Shown here piece after piece: positions 10,012-19,841 of a DNA stretch of 64,000 nucleotides (the stretch's first letter is position 1; each line of letters opens with the position of its first letter). The notes under the pieces were generated by a model. The model was not told the origin of the DNA and ran no database searches. It saw only the letters and a program-made list of their open reading frames with translations. Position numbers and translations under genes: made by a program. Source of the stretch: a virus (Duplodnaviria > Caudoviricetes); the IMG/VR virus record IMGVR_UViG_2901802297_000002, positions 1-64,000 of that record, one strand, 5' to 3'.

Positions 10012-10370
10012 TTTTTCAGCCTATTTTCCAGACGTTTGTTGTGGTCGCGAATGAACACACCATCCATGGCAGCGAGGCAGCGATCCAGAAAAGCCATTTC
10101 AGCATGGGTGTAGCCATGATGCTGCGCCCAGGACTTTACAACTTCCCAAGGGATGAAACTTGGGCAGCTTTCGATAATCGTGCCGCCCAAGGGAAGAGCA
10201 ATCCCGCGTGGGATCCATTGGCGTGATGCAGAAAGGCGGTGCCATGCCCGCCAGATCCACATGAACTCCGGCAATGGATCTATGCGGGTATTTTCTCCGT
10301 CTAACATATCCCACAAATCAGGATAACATCCCCAGTTTAGATGCCAGTCCAGGGCCTTGGTCAGTTTCCC
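10008..10370 (-). CDS. Tail assembly chaperone C-terminal extension (gpGT-like, via -1 frameshift)
   Basis: -1 frame is open from slippery G-GGA-AAC (10364-10370) into ORF 10008-10316. Confidence 0.75.
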   Translation of the reverse strand, partial: GKLTKALDWHLNWGCYPDLWDMLDGENTRIDPLPEFMWIWRAWHRLSASRQWIPRGIALPLGGTIIESCPSFIPWEVVKSWAQHHGYTHAEMAFLDRCLAAMDGVFIRDHNKRLENRLKK

Positions 10371-10774
10371 TCAGCTTCCTCGGCATGCTCAGAAGCCTGC
10401 GTGGTCACAAGGGCTGCGGCTTCCCAGCAGGCGGCCATCAGTTCGCGGTAATCAGGATTGCCAAGCAATTCCTTAAACTCATCAACCGTGACAGGATTTT
10501 TCTTTTCCCGGTCATGATGCAGGCCTTTGACATCCAGCACGAGGAAGTCCCGCAGCAGGCCCGCATTGATCTGGCGGCGCACAGCATTTGGGATGGCAGA
10601 AACATCACCACGGAAGCGTTCTGCCGCTTTACGCAGGCGCTGTGCCTGGGCATCCACAAACTGGTCGGTGTAACCACGGCTTTTGATTTCAAGGCCGGGG
10701 TATTTGTCAATTTTTACCCACATCCCATCGGCAATGGCGGCGCTATCGGTTTTCAGGTCAGCAAGAGAAAGCAT
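10361..10774 (-). CDS. Tail assembly chaperone (gpG-like)
   Basis: Between tail tube and TMP; ends EGN at a slippery site. Confidence 0.8.
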   Translation of the reverse strand: MLSLADLKTDSAAIADGMWVKIDKYPGLEIKSRGYTDQFVDAQAQRLRKAAERFRGDVSAIPNAVRRQINAGLLRDFLVLDVKGLHHDREKKNPVTVDEFKELLGNPDYRELMAACWEAAALVTTQASEHAEEAEGN

Positions 10775-10788
10775 GGATCTGCCTCAAT

Positions 10789-10812
10789 AAAAAAGGCCGC
10801 GCTGTGGCGGCC
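10789..10812 (-). terminator. Terminator-like hairpin
   Basis: GGCCGC-N6-GCGGCC followed by T6 on the minus strand. Confidence 0.55.
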
Positions 10813-10841
10813 ATGTTTCAAAAAAAATGGAATGAAAAAAC

Positions 10842-12074
10842 TCAGGGATTGGTGCGGAAAATTGCAAATGTTCCGCCAACACCCGGCATGGGGTTGCACG
10901 TCACGGACACAGTGGACACCACAGTCTGGTTTTTCCCCGAAATGGGTGATTTCGGGTTGCGGATCACGCCGTTCAGCGCGGCAAACGTATATCCTACGCC
11001 GTCAGATCCCTGCACGCCGATTGTGACCGGGCCAGTTTTGCCCGTAGACCATGCCTTGAACTGATCGTAAGACTTGAAGAAATATTCTGCCTCAATCGCG
11101 CATTTGAAGCTGCCGAAGCGCATCCCGCATGCGCCCGTATGGCCCATGCCGAAATCCTGACCAGAACCGTCCCGTGAAAGCGTGATTGTTGCCGAACGCA
11201 TGCAGCCTGCAGGTGTTTGCCCAAAAATGGACATTCCCTGCCACCCCTCAACCGTATCAATCAGAGGCGATGAGGTAAGAGATGCCACAGACGATGCCAC
11301 ATCTGTTTGCGACAGGCTCATGGCCGAACCCAACAGATCAATATCAACTGTGGCAGGCTGGCCTTGCTGAAGCTGGATCTGCACCTGATTGACCATGGTG
11401 CCGGTATAAAGCTCCCACTGATCCAGAAGTTTTTTACGGAATGTAAATGTTTTACCGACAGCGCCATTCTGGATATCAGCCAATGTAATTGTGGCCCCAT
11501 CACTTAATGTTGTGGCGTCCGCAATCGGTAACGTGCCGGGAGAGAATTCCAGACCAGGGTTTGAAATATTGTTTAGAATGTAGGCGGCAAAAACGTCAAT
11601 TCCAGCCACACTGTCCACAACATGTACGATCCCAGATGTTGGGAAATTCGCGAGCGCAGAGGCAGGCATCGTGATAATATCACGCCCACTGTGATAGGCA
11701 TTTTTCAGGTGCACCGTGCCAGTTATGGCCGGAGTGGCTTTTGAATTGATTGTAACAGATGGGGGCGTTGCAGACCAATCCGCCCCCATAATAGCCGCCA
11801 GCATATCATCAAATGTGCCGGCAGACAGGATGCCACCAATGCTGCCACTTGTGCCTTGACTGGTCAGAACGCTTTGCGCGACTTCCGGAATGGCATTGAT
11901 TTCATCCGGAGCACTTTCACTGTCCTGCGGTGCCAGTGTGACACTGGTAAAACGCAAGGGCGTGTAAAGGCCGCTGGGCGCCTGCCCGAAAATTGGCTCC
12001 AGCGCATAATCCACACCAGACAGGTTGGTGTCCTGCCCTGCGGAAACGCCGGTCGAGGGGCCGGAATAGGTCAT
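10842..12074 (-). CDS. Major tail tube protein
   Basis: YALE..FG...LRFTS N-terminus; position; central insert domain. Confidence 0.8.
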   Translation of the reverse strand: MTYSGPSTGVSAGQDTNLSGVDYALEPIFGQAPSGLYTPLRFTSVTLAPQDSESAPDEINAIPEVAQSVLTSQGTSGSIGGILSAGTFDDMLAAIMGADWSATPPSVTINSKATPAITGTVHLKNAYHSGRDIITMPASALANFPTSGIVHVVDSVAGIDVFAAYILNNISNPGLEFSPGTLPIADATTLSDGATITLADIQNGAVGKTFTFRKKLLDQWELYTGTMVNQVQIQLQQGQPATVDIDLLGSAMSLSQTDVASSVASLTSSPLIDTVEGWQGMSIFGQTPAGCMRSATITLSRDGSGQDFGMGHTGACGMRFGSFKCAIEAEYFFKSYDQFKAWSTGKTGPVTIGVQGSDGVGYTFAALNGVIRNPKSPISGKNQTVVSTVSVTCNPMPGVGGTFAIFRTNP

Positions 12075-12085
12075 GTTTACCTCAT

Positions 12086-12111
12086 AAAAAAAGGCCGCTC
12101 ATTGGCGGCCT
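12086..12111 (-). terminator. Terminator-like hairpin
   Basis: AGGCCGC-N6-GCGGCCT followed by a T-run on the minus strand. Confidence 0.55.
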
Positions 12112-12139
12112 GTTGCGCACTGCAAAAAGAATGGCGGGA

Positions 12140-12586
12140 TCAGCTGGTTTTCTGATCCGCTGCATCAGACGTTGCCGCAGGCGTATCTGTGGATACGGGG
12201 GGTGCAGCCGGTTCAGCCGCAGGTTGTGCGTTCTGTGGGATCAGGCCCAGCCGGTAGCCAAAAAACCGCTCCAGAGAGAGGCACATGCCCGCTGCATCTG
12301 CCGCAACAGAGGCAAACACCTGCCCATCCGGTTTGAACACATCGGATGCACCGTCAGCCTGAACCAGCACATCATATTGCTTGCCCGCTTCATCTGCGGT
12401 GGGCGGCACTGCATCAGGTGTTCCTGAAACCTGCCGAAAGGGCCACACGCCTGTGCGGCAACCAGCCGGGGCAGATGCATCAGCAATGGTAAGGGCTGCC
12501 GTAGTGCTTTCTGCATCAATCAAGGTAGAACCCAGAACATACTGTCCAGAGGCCTTGGCGGTTTCATAAAGCGCGTAGAATTTCAT
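12140..12586 (-). CDS. Hypothetical virion-region protein
   Basis: ATGA-coupled to upstream gene; Pro/Ala-rich tail. Confidence 0.65.
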   Translation of the reverse strand: MKFYALYETAKASGQYVLGSTLIDAESTTAALTIADASAPAGCRTGVWPFRQVSGTPDAVPPTADEAGKQYDVLVQADGASDVFKPDGQVFASVAADAAGMCLSLERFFGYRLGLIPQNAQPAAEPAAPPVSTDTPAATSDAADQKTS

Positions 12587-12993
12587 GTCAGAATATCCTG
12601 ATATTCGTAATCAATCCCCAGAGAAAACCGGACGCGATTTCCGGTCTGGCTGAGATCTGGCGGATCAAACATATGGCCGCGATAGATGACGCCCGTTGGC
12701 AGGTTTGTGGCCTGCCTGAAGGCCACGGACATGGCCTTGCGCAATTCCAGAGCTTCCAGCGTTCCGGTGCCCTTGGGCACCATCAGATGCAGCCAGATGG
12801 TGCCATCTTCCAGATCTACCGGCTCACCTGCGCCTGCACGGTCTGCCAATCCGGCCGCCGTTTCCATCACCCAATATGGGCCGTCTGGCACGGTGATGTT
12901 CTGGCCTGCCGGATCCAGAAGTTTCAGCTTCTGGGCTTCAGCAACAGCCTGTGCGCGTGTCCAGGCATCAGAGAAGACTGCTGGCGTTGTCAT
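12583..12993 (-). CDS. Tail terminator-like protein
   Basis: G.IWLHLMVPKGTG motif; GGAGG RBS; position. Confidence 0.7.
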   Translation of the reverse strand: MTTPAVFSDAWTRAQAVAEAQKLKLLDPAGQNITVPDGPYWVMETAAGLADRAGAGEPVDLEDGTIWLHLMVPKGTGTLEALELRKAMSVAFRQATNLPTGVIYRGHMFDPPDLSQTGNRVRFSLGIDYEYQDILT

Positions 12994-13315
12994 GCGTCTC
13001 GCCTCCTGCGGCAATCAATGTCCAGCCGCAGACGGTTGGCCCGTCATAAACGGGCTGCGCATCTGTCAGCGTGTAGGTTTTGGGGCCGTCCTGCACCCGA
13101 TCATCCTGGGCAGGCAGGCCGTAACCGGAAAGCGCATCCGCCATGATCTGCGCCACGAATGGAGCCTGCGCCATGTCGTTCGTGATCTGGGCAGACTGTG
13201 CGGGCGGTGCGTAGGCCATCAGTGTAACGCTGGCCGTGCCGCCTGCCCTGGACAGCACCATCTGGCGGCCTTTGGTAGCGATCTGGCGGCGGCGTGATTG
13301 TGTGATCCAGCCCAT
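12968..13315 (-). CDS. Head closure/head-tail adaptor
   Basis: Size and position after connector. Confidence 0.65.
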   Translation of the reverse strand: MGWITQSRRRQIATKGRQMVLSRAGGTASVTLMAYAPPAQSAQITNDMAQAPFVAQIMADALSGYGLPAQDDRVQDGPKTYTLTDAQPVYDGPTVCGWTLIAAGGETHDNASSLL

Positions 13316-13959
13316 TACAGATGCGCCCCGCGATAACTTGCAAGCATATCGGCCACCTGTTGCGGCAAGCCGCCTGTGCCTGAAGCGATGTTCCAGCTGG
13401 TGGAACCCACGCCCTGCACGCTTTCTGATTTCAGGTTGGGATCTCGCCCTGCCCCCTCCACCATTGCCGCAGCTGCCAGCACCGTAGCGCGTGCAATGGT
13501 TTGCGGCAGTGTGCCTTTGTCCACTGTGCCGTCCTGGGCAACCTGCGGTGGTGCGTATCCGGCCGTATAAACGGCGCTATACACACCATGCTGCCACCTG
13601 CGCCGCGTTGGCGTGGGGTGTGAAAGGATGCCTGCCCGCTTATCCAGAACAAGGTCTGAAATCTGATCAGGCGTCCACGCCTGCCCGTTTCGGGAAATGG
13701 AGGAAATGGAAGCCAGCGGCCGCACTGAAAGAACAATCTCTTTCAGCAGGTCGCCACCTTCAATGACAAATTCCTCTGTCCATTCTCCCGAAAGCAAGGG
13801 CCTGCCGATGTAATCCAGCACCATGCTGGAGGCATCCATCAGCTTGCCTGCCAGCATGGTATCTGTGGTGCCATCAGTGATGCCCAGCTCCGCCTTCAGA
13901 TCCGCCAGCAGGGCCAGCGGAAGCACTGTTGACGGGCCTTCCAGCGAAAGCGTGTGCAT
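13315..13959 (-). CDS. Head-tail connector protein
   Basis: LADLKAELGI, YTAGY, SESVQGVGS motifs. Confidence 0.8.
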   Translation of the reverse strand: MHTLSLEGPSTVLPLALLADLKAELGITDGTTDTMLAGKLMDASSMVLDYIGRPLLSGEWTEEFVIEGGDLLKEIVLSVRPLASISSISRNGQAWTPDQISDLVLDKRAGILSHPTPTRRRWQHGVYSAVYTAGYAPPQVAQDGTVDKGTLPQTIARATVLAAAAMVEGAGRDPNLKSESVQGVGSTSWNIASGTGGLPQQVADMLASYRGAHL

Positions 13960-13961
13960 GA

Positions 13962-15212
13962 TTAGCCGCCTGCTTCAGGAGCTGCGGCGGCCTTCATGAC
14001 CAGTTTCTTGATCGGCTGAGCCGCAGACGGCAGGCCACCACCAAACCGCGCATATCCGAAGAAGCCGGTTTGAAGGAAATCAGCATACCGTTCGTTCAGG
14101 CGCACAATGGACACCTGTTTGGTTACGCGGAACTTGTAGTTCTTCATGTTGCCAAACAGGATCGGGGCACTCCCTGCCGCCACGTCCGCCATGCTTTCAT
14201 TCACGGCAATCGGGAAGCCTGCCAGCACATCCGGGCAATCCACCTGCAAGGACGGGATCCAGAGCGGACGGCCTTCGTTATCCTTCAGCAACGCCAGAGA
14301 CTTGACCGTGTTGTCATTCATCATGAACACGGCACCAGTGCGATATGCACGGTTTACGCTGTGCTTCAGCTCCATGATGTCCTCAAAGGCAATGGCATCC
14401 CCCGCAGAGGTTGTGCCTGCCGCTGCGGCTGTTGCCACACCCATGGGCATGCCGTTGCCGGTGCCATTGGTCAGATCATCTGCCAACGTGCGCCCGAATG
14501 CTGTGCCCAGCGCGGTGGTGATGAAGGCATCCAGATCAATGAAGCTGTCTTCCATGAGTGTCCACGGGACAAGCACGGCATCCGTGGCATACAGAAATGC
14601 CTTCAGGACGGACTGGCCAAAAGTCATGGGGGACTGCCCGATCTGACTGTTTTCCCCAATGATCCGGGCACGGCGGCTGGTATCATCATTGGTGGGCCAC
14701 GGCAGATCTGCACCTGTTGCGGTGGCAACCTCATCAAACAGATCCAGAGCCGAGAAATAATCCTTCAGGGCAACCAGAAGTTGATCGGAAAAGGCAGGCG
14801 GCACCAGATAACCACCGGCAGGCCCTGTGCCTGTGCCATTGGCATCATTCTTGAACTGGGACTGAGCTGCCGACATGCGCTTAACAACATAATCCCGGTC
14901 TTCGCCTGTCAGGCTGTTGATGCCACCCAGCAACCACGAAGCAAACACACGCTTATGGCGGCGCTCTTCATCTTCCTGTTCATCCGGGCTGGTGCCGTTG
15001 TCATCTGCGCGGTTGGCCACTCCCTGCGCCAGTGTGCGCTCAGCATCTTCGGCACGTTCAATGCGATCAATCTGTGCCTTTATCTGGTCAGCTTCAGCCA
15101 TCATGGCATCAAACTGAGCCGCTTGCTCGGCCGTCATGGTGTCGCCAGTAGTCAGAGCGCGTGCGTCTTCAATCAGCTTCGCCCGTTTGGCGCGCAGTTC
15201 CTTGGATTTCAT
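13962..15212 (-). CDS. Major capsid protein, HK97 family
   Basis: N-terminal coiled-coil delta domain, GGYLVP, LKDNEGRPLW, GFFGYARFGG. Confidence 0.95.
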   Translation of the reverse strand: MKSKELRAKRAKLIEDARALTTGDTMTAEQAAQFDAMMAEADQIKAQIDRIERAEDAERTLAQGVANRADDNGTSPDEQEDEERRHKRVFASWLLGGINSLTGEDRDYVVKRMSAAQSQFKNDANGTGTGPAGGYLVPPAFSDQLLVALKDYFSALDLFDEVATATGADLPWPTNDDTSRRARIIGENSQIGQSPMTFGQSVLKAFLYATDAVLVPWTLMEDSFIDLDAFITTALGTAFGRTLADDLTNGTGNGMPMGVATAAAAGTTSAGDAIAFEDIMELKHSVNRAYRTGAVFMMNDNTVKSLALLKDNEGRPLWIPSLQVDCPDVLAGFPIAVNESMADVAAGSAPILFGNMKNYKFRVTKQVSIVRLNERYADFLQTGFFGYARFGGGLPSAAQPIKKLVMKAAAAPEAGG

Positions 15213-15262
15213 ATTCTCTTGTCTCCGGAAAAAATGGGGTGGCCGCTGTTCAGCAGCCGGTG

Positions 15263-16006
15263 TCAGTTTTCAGCTTCAGCCAGCTGAACGATGCGGCGGC
15301 GTGCTGCGATATCGGGCACTGACAGCGTATTCTGGGGCTTTTGCTGGGCCGTGGGCTGCTTGGTGAACATCCCGGCCTTCAGCTGCATTTGCGCCTTGTT
15401 CTGGCTGGCATCCGTAATGCTATCAATAAAGCCAGCCTCTTTGGCTTCCTGCGCCGTAAACCATGTTTCTGCGTTCATCATGTCGGCAATGGCTGGCACG
15501 GTCTGGCCGGTTTTCCCAGCATACAGGTTGGCAAGATTACCATCTATCTTGGCAAGCACTGCGGCTGTTTCCGTCATGTCGTTCTGATTGCCGACTACAA
15601 CGCCCCAGGCATTATGGATCATCAGAAAGGCATTTGGAGCCATGCTGATGGTATCCCCTGCCAAGGCGATGAAGGATGCCGCAGAAGCCGCCAGACCATC
15701 CACCACAACGGAAACTGGCCCATCATGCGCTTCCAACGCATTATAAATGGTCAGACCGTCAAACACATCACCGCCGGGGCTGTTGATGTGCAATTCAATC
15801 GGCCCTGGGCCAGCACTGACAAGGATCTGTGTGAAATCCTGCGCCGTGACGCCCCAGAGGCCGATTTCATCATACAGGTAAATAACGGCAGGCTGATCAG
15901 CTGCGGCACGCGGCCGCATGTCCAATGTCTGGGGCAGACCAGCCTGCGCACACGTCAACAACACACGGTTGGAAAACCGGGCTGCTGGTGAATTATGTCG
16001 GTACAT
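15263..16006 (-). CDS. Prohead maturation protease, ClpP-like
   Basis: INSPGGDVFDG, GLAASAAS, MIHN, ETWFTAQEA. Confidence 0.93.
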   Translation of the reverse strand: MYRHNSPAARFSNRVLLTCAQAGLPQTLDMRPRAAADQPAVIYLYDEIGLWGVTAQDFTQILVSAGPGPIELHINSPGGDVFDGLTIYNALEAHDGPVSVVVDGLAASAASFIALAGDTISMAPNAFLMIHNAWGVVVGNQNDMTETAAVLAKIDGNLANLYAGKTGQTVPAIADMMNAETWFTAQEAKEAGFIDSITDASQNKAQMQLKAGMFTKQPTAQQKPQNTLSVPDIAARRRIVQLAEAEN

Positions 16007-16012
16007 ATTGCC

Positions 16013-17323
16013 TCATTCTTTAGCAGGCGTGGGTGGTGCAGGATCTTTGATCTGCTGTTCCAGCGGCACATATGCGCCATTGATGAACACCGTATCGCCA
16101 CCAGAGACCGGCGGCCGATTATCCTTTGCCCTGCCTTCGTTGATTGTAAGCTGGCCGCTTTGCACCTGCGCTGCCGTGACCTGGGCCGCTTTTAGCGGAT
16201 CCATGGAAAGCAGCCCTTCGCGGTCAAACTCCGCAAAGAAATTCGTGCCTAAAAACAGCTTGGCGTTCAGTTCACTCTCAATGCGTTTGAGATCCGCATC
16301 CAGCGTGAAAATCAGATAGGCTAGCGTATTTTCCGCAAGGCCCGTGCCCCATGATGTGCTCTTGTCCGTGGCATTGAGCATATGAAGCGGCACCCCGAAA
16401 AATCGGGAAATATCCGCCACCTGATAGCCACGGGCCTGAATGGTTTGCAGATCCTGCGGGCTTAACTGGAATGGGGTGTATTTCGCACCATCATCCACAA
16501 TGATGGTTTTGCCCCATTTCCCAACACCCGAATAATTCTGATCCAGCTGCGCCTTCATGCGCCTGAAGGAATCATCATTCATTCGGCTGGGCACCTGCAT
16601 CACCCCGCTGGGCAATGCAGCATTCTGATGCATCCGACCGGTGCGCTCTTCCATGGAATGCGCAAGGCCAATGGATCCACGCGCAAACGCCTGAATGCGC
16701 GATAGCCCCTTCACACCATCAAAACCGGGGCCGGGTATGTGGATCATATCCTCTTGCAGGACTGTTTCCACATTACCGTCCAGATGTGTGCAGACGTAGT
16801 AATTTACACCCGGTTTGGCAGGTAAGCGCACCACCTGCACCTGCCACGGCATGAAGGTTTCAAACCCGATCACCCGTGCAGCGCCGTCATACCGTATGGC
16901 GCTGTAATGGTTGCCCCACAGCAGCACATTCAGGCCCCACAGCTCACGCCAGACAAACGAGGTCAGGGAACGGCCCGGATATGGCACTGTATTGAGCAAC
17001 GGAACCAGCTTGTGGTTCGGCTGCACTTCCCGCTGGCCGCCCGGATGCTGTTTCCAGATCTTCAATGGCAGACCGGCAATCACACCGGCTTCCAATGTCA
17101 CGCACCGATACACGGCCGAACAGGCCATGGCCGTGCGTTCCGTTACCCGTGGTGCCCAATCCATACTCCGGCCACCAGGGTAGCCCAGCCATTCAGACCA
17201 ATCCGGAATATCCGTAAGCGGTGTGCTGGGATTTTCCGGGTTGCCAGAGGCAAAGAACAAGGGTTCCTTACGTTCCTGCTGCGTGTTTTGACCGCCGCCG
17301 AAAATGCTGTTCAAGATTCCCAT
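16013..17323 (-). CDS. Portal protein, HK97 family
   Basis: SAVYRCV, GFDGVKGLS, ISRFFGVP, KSTSWGTG. Confidence 0.95.
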   Translation of the reverse strand: MGILNSIFGGGQNTQQERKEPLFFASGNPENPSTPLTDIPDWSEWLGYPGGRSMDWAPRVTERTAMACSAVYRCVTLEAGVIAGLPLKIWKQHPGGQREVQPNHKLVPLLNTVPYPGRSLTSFVWRELWGLNVLLWGNHYSAIRYDGAARVIGFETFMPWQVQVVRLPAKPGVNYYVCTHLDGNVETVLQEDMIHIPGPGFDGVKGLSRIQAFARGSIGLAHSMEERTGRMHQNAALPSGVMQVPSRMNDDSFRRMKAQLDQNYSGVGKWGKTIIVDDGAKYTPFQLSPQDLQTIQARGYQVADISRFFGVPLHMLNATDKSTSWGTGLAENTLAYLIFTLDADLKRIESELNAKLFLGTNFFAEFDREGLLSMDPLKAAQVTAAQVQSGQLTINEGRAKDNRPPVSGGDTVFINGAYVPLEQQIKDPAPPTPAKE

Positions 17324-19101
17324 AGTTCCTCACGGTCATAAATGCTCTGGATCGGTGGCTCCGGGTTTCGGCTCATGCAGGCCACGGCATCAAACAGCGC
17401 CATCAGCGGGTCGATCTTCTTGCCGCCTGCCATCTGCTTGGTAATTTCGATATTGTTGCCCTTGGCCTGCGCCTTCGCGTTGCCAACCGCCCAGGCCATG
17501 ATCGGACGCGCCCCATGGGAGAACGTGCCATCCGCCAGCTTGCGCTCCAGCGTCTTGATGGCCCCGGTCATTTTCCAGCCCTGGCTGATCCCGACAATCC
17601 GCTCCTGCTCAATGCCACGGGCATGCAGGGCAAACACGATTTCAGCCACACCCGCAGGATCCAGCCCAACCATGGCCAGCTTGCCGGACTGGTCAATCAT
17701 CTCCGCCACGTCCGCCAGCTGCCGATTGTCGTCACGCATTTCATGGACAATGACGAGATCACCCTGCTTCTGGAAATCCAGATAGCGCGGTGCTTCCTCC
17801 TTGCGGTGCTTCAGCACATCCTGAAACACCCAGCTGCGCTGCCAGTGCAGCCAATCGCCACTTTCTTCATCCCGGCCGAGCACAGCCAGAGATAGAAAAT
17901 CGTCCAGACCGCCGCCATCAATGCCGCAGACAATCACATCAGAACATTCCAAAATCAGCTCCAGTGTGACCAGCGGATCACCCTGGCGTTCCCAATATTT
18001 GGCCCCGGCCCATGCCTTTTCGCGCAGGGACATGCCCATTTCCACGTTCAGATGCTTGGCCATCCAGACGCGCAGCACGCCTTCCCCAGCCTCTTTGGCC
18101 TGAGCGTATCTATCCCGCAGGAACTCATCCGATACCGACACCCCCAGATTGGGGTTGGTCATGTACCAGTTATCCGGATTGTGCTCGCCTTTCTTATCCA
18201 GAATTTTCTTGGGAAATTCATAGATAACCGGCAGGAAACGGGGCGAATTGATCTTGCCGTCCCGCACGCCACGCGCATATTCCAGACGGCTCTTAAACAC
18301 ACCGGCAGGCTCTTCATCCGACTGCGTGCTCAGGTAAATGATGAAGCCTTCCGGACGGGAGGCGATGCCGCCAGTGGCTTCCATGAGCATGTTCTCAGCC
18401 GTGGGCTTCTTGCCGAACTCCCACAGTTCATCCACCAGAATGCCGGTGGCTTTCTTGCCCACAACAGAAGATCCATCTGCCGCCACAACCTTGAGTGTCG
18501 CCCCGGTTTCGCGGTGCGTCACGATGCGGGTGTAATCCTGCACATGGAACAGGGCATCCAGTTCCGGATCTGCCTTGATCATGTCCCGCGCAGGCTTGAA
18601 GGCGTTGTCTGCGGCTTCCTTGGTCGGTGCCAGGATCAGGAACTCGGCTGATTGCCGCCAGTTCAGGATCAGCACCGTCAACATTACGCCCGCCGCAATG
18701 GTGCTTTTGGTGTTCTTCTTGCTCACCAGCAGGAAAAACTCGGTGATCATGCGCTTTCCGGTTTCCGGGTCATATGAACCGAAAATGGCGGCCGCAAAGT
18801 CCTTCAGCCAATCACGGCAGGATTCACCAATAGTGGGTTCACCCAGCACGTCCACGATCTTCAGGGCGTTGAAAACAGCCATTCCCTGCGCAGCGGCGTC
18901 CGGAAAAAGCAGATCACATGGCACAAGGCTTTCGCCTGCAATGATGCGCTTTTCCCAATCCCGGCAGGCTGTGCTCCATGACAGGACAGCCTTGGCCGCA
19001 GGCGCTGCCTTGCGCCGTGTGGTGGCTGTTGCGGTCTTTCGCGCGGTGGTTGTCGCCTTGCGCTTGCGTGTTGCGGGCTTTTTCTCGGTTTCACTTGCCA
19101 T
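17311..19101 (-). CDS. terL: Terminase large subunit
   Basis: SKKNTKST Walker A variant, ILVDE Walker B, GIDGGGLDD, KIDPLMA. Confidence 0.93.
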   Translation of the reverse strand: MASETEKKPATRKRKATTTARKTATATTRRKAAPAAKAVLSWSTACRDWEKRIIAGESLVPCDLLFPDAAAQGMAVFNALKIVDVLGEPTIGESCRDWLKDFAAAIFGSYDPETGKRMITEFFLLVSKKNTKSTIAAGVMLTVLILNWRQSAEFLILAPTKEAADNAFKPARDMIKADPELDALFHVQDYTRIVTHRETGATLKVVAADGSSVVGKKATGILVDELWEFGKKPTAENMLMEATGGIASRPEGFIIYLSTQSDEEPAGVFKSRLEYARGVRDGKINSPRFLPVIYEFPKKILDKKGEHNPDNWYMTNPNLGVSVSDEFLRDRYAQAKEAGEGVLRVWMAKHLNVEMGMSLREKAWAGAKYWERQGDPLVTLELILECSDVIVCGIDGGGLDDFLSLAVLGRDEESGDWLHWQRSWVFQDVLKHRKEEAPRYLDFQKQGDLVIVHEMRDDNRQLADVAEMIDQSGKLAMVGLDPAGVAEIVFALHARGIEQERIVGISQGWKMTGAIKTLERKLADGTFSHGARPIMAWAVGNAKAQAKGNNIEITKQMAGGKKIDPLMALFDAVACMSRNPEPPIQSIYDREELWES

Positions 19102-19687
19102 TGTTCACAACTAGTTTGGGGGAAGACATGCGTGAGAACTTGCCGCTGGCTGCTTTTTCGGCAGCTTCCCGGCGCTCTTCCTTCACGCCCTTCTTTTTTC
19201 CGGAACCCGTGACGCCCATCATGTGGGTTTGCCTCAGCTTGTGCAGGCTTTCCGTGCGCTCTTTGATAGTGATGGCCTTCAACATCGCATCGCGCCGGCG
19301 CGATCCGGTATCGTCTGCTGTTTCCAGCTCAATCGCTTTGGAAATCTCGCCAAGATGGGATGTCGTATCCTCAAGTTCACCGAGCAGGCGCGACACCATT
19401 TCATCCATACGTTCATCCACGTTGGCAGCAGATCTGCGCCCGGTGGATGGTAGTTTCTCCCGTGGTAGAGCGGGGTTGCGCTGGGGATTGTGCGCAGGTT
19501 GGTGCGCAGTTTTGGTATTTTTGCGCACTTTTTGCGCAGAAGTGCGCACCCATCCACCGGACGCAATGCGCTTGCGCAGCGTGCTTTCGGCTACGCCATG
19601 TTTTTTTGCAATTTGGCGGTTTGACAAGGCTCCTGCGCGAAAATCAGCCTCTATCGCGTGCCAATCCGTGTCAGTTTTCTTGGGCAT
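19091..19687 (-). CDS. terS: Terminase small subunit
   Basis: DW.AIEADFRAG HTH N-terminus; GKKKGVKEER...GKF...P C-terminus; upstream of terL. Confidence 0.8.
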   Translation of the reverse strand: MPKKTDTDWHAIEADFRAGALSNRQIAKKHGVAESTLRKRIASGGWVRTSAQKVRKNTKTAHQPAHNPQRNPALPREKLPSTGRRSAANVDERMDEMVSRLLGELEDTTSHLGEISKAIELETADDTGSRRRDAMLKAITIKERTESLHKLRQTHMMGVTGSGKKKGVKEERREAAEKAASGKFSRMSSPKLVVNNGK

Positions 19688-19841
19688 TCCCTACCATCCC
19701 GCGCAACAAAAGTGCGCACTTCAAAACGCTGGAACGAAAAATTTTTCACGCGTGCCACTGGCGCGGTTCAGGTGCCATGCGTCAGGCGCACTTTTACCCC
19801 TCCCCCTCCCCGCTAAACGCATAGCTGGGGGATGCTCAAAA

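Noticed and set aside
14070-15287. Long plus-strand ORFs opposite structural genes (also 20741-21742, 7408-9024, 56760-57500)
   Set aside because: Typical antisense shadows of GC-rich coding sequence, with no RBS or recognisable motifs.
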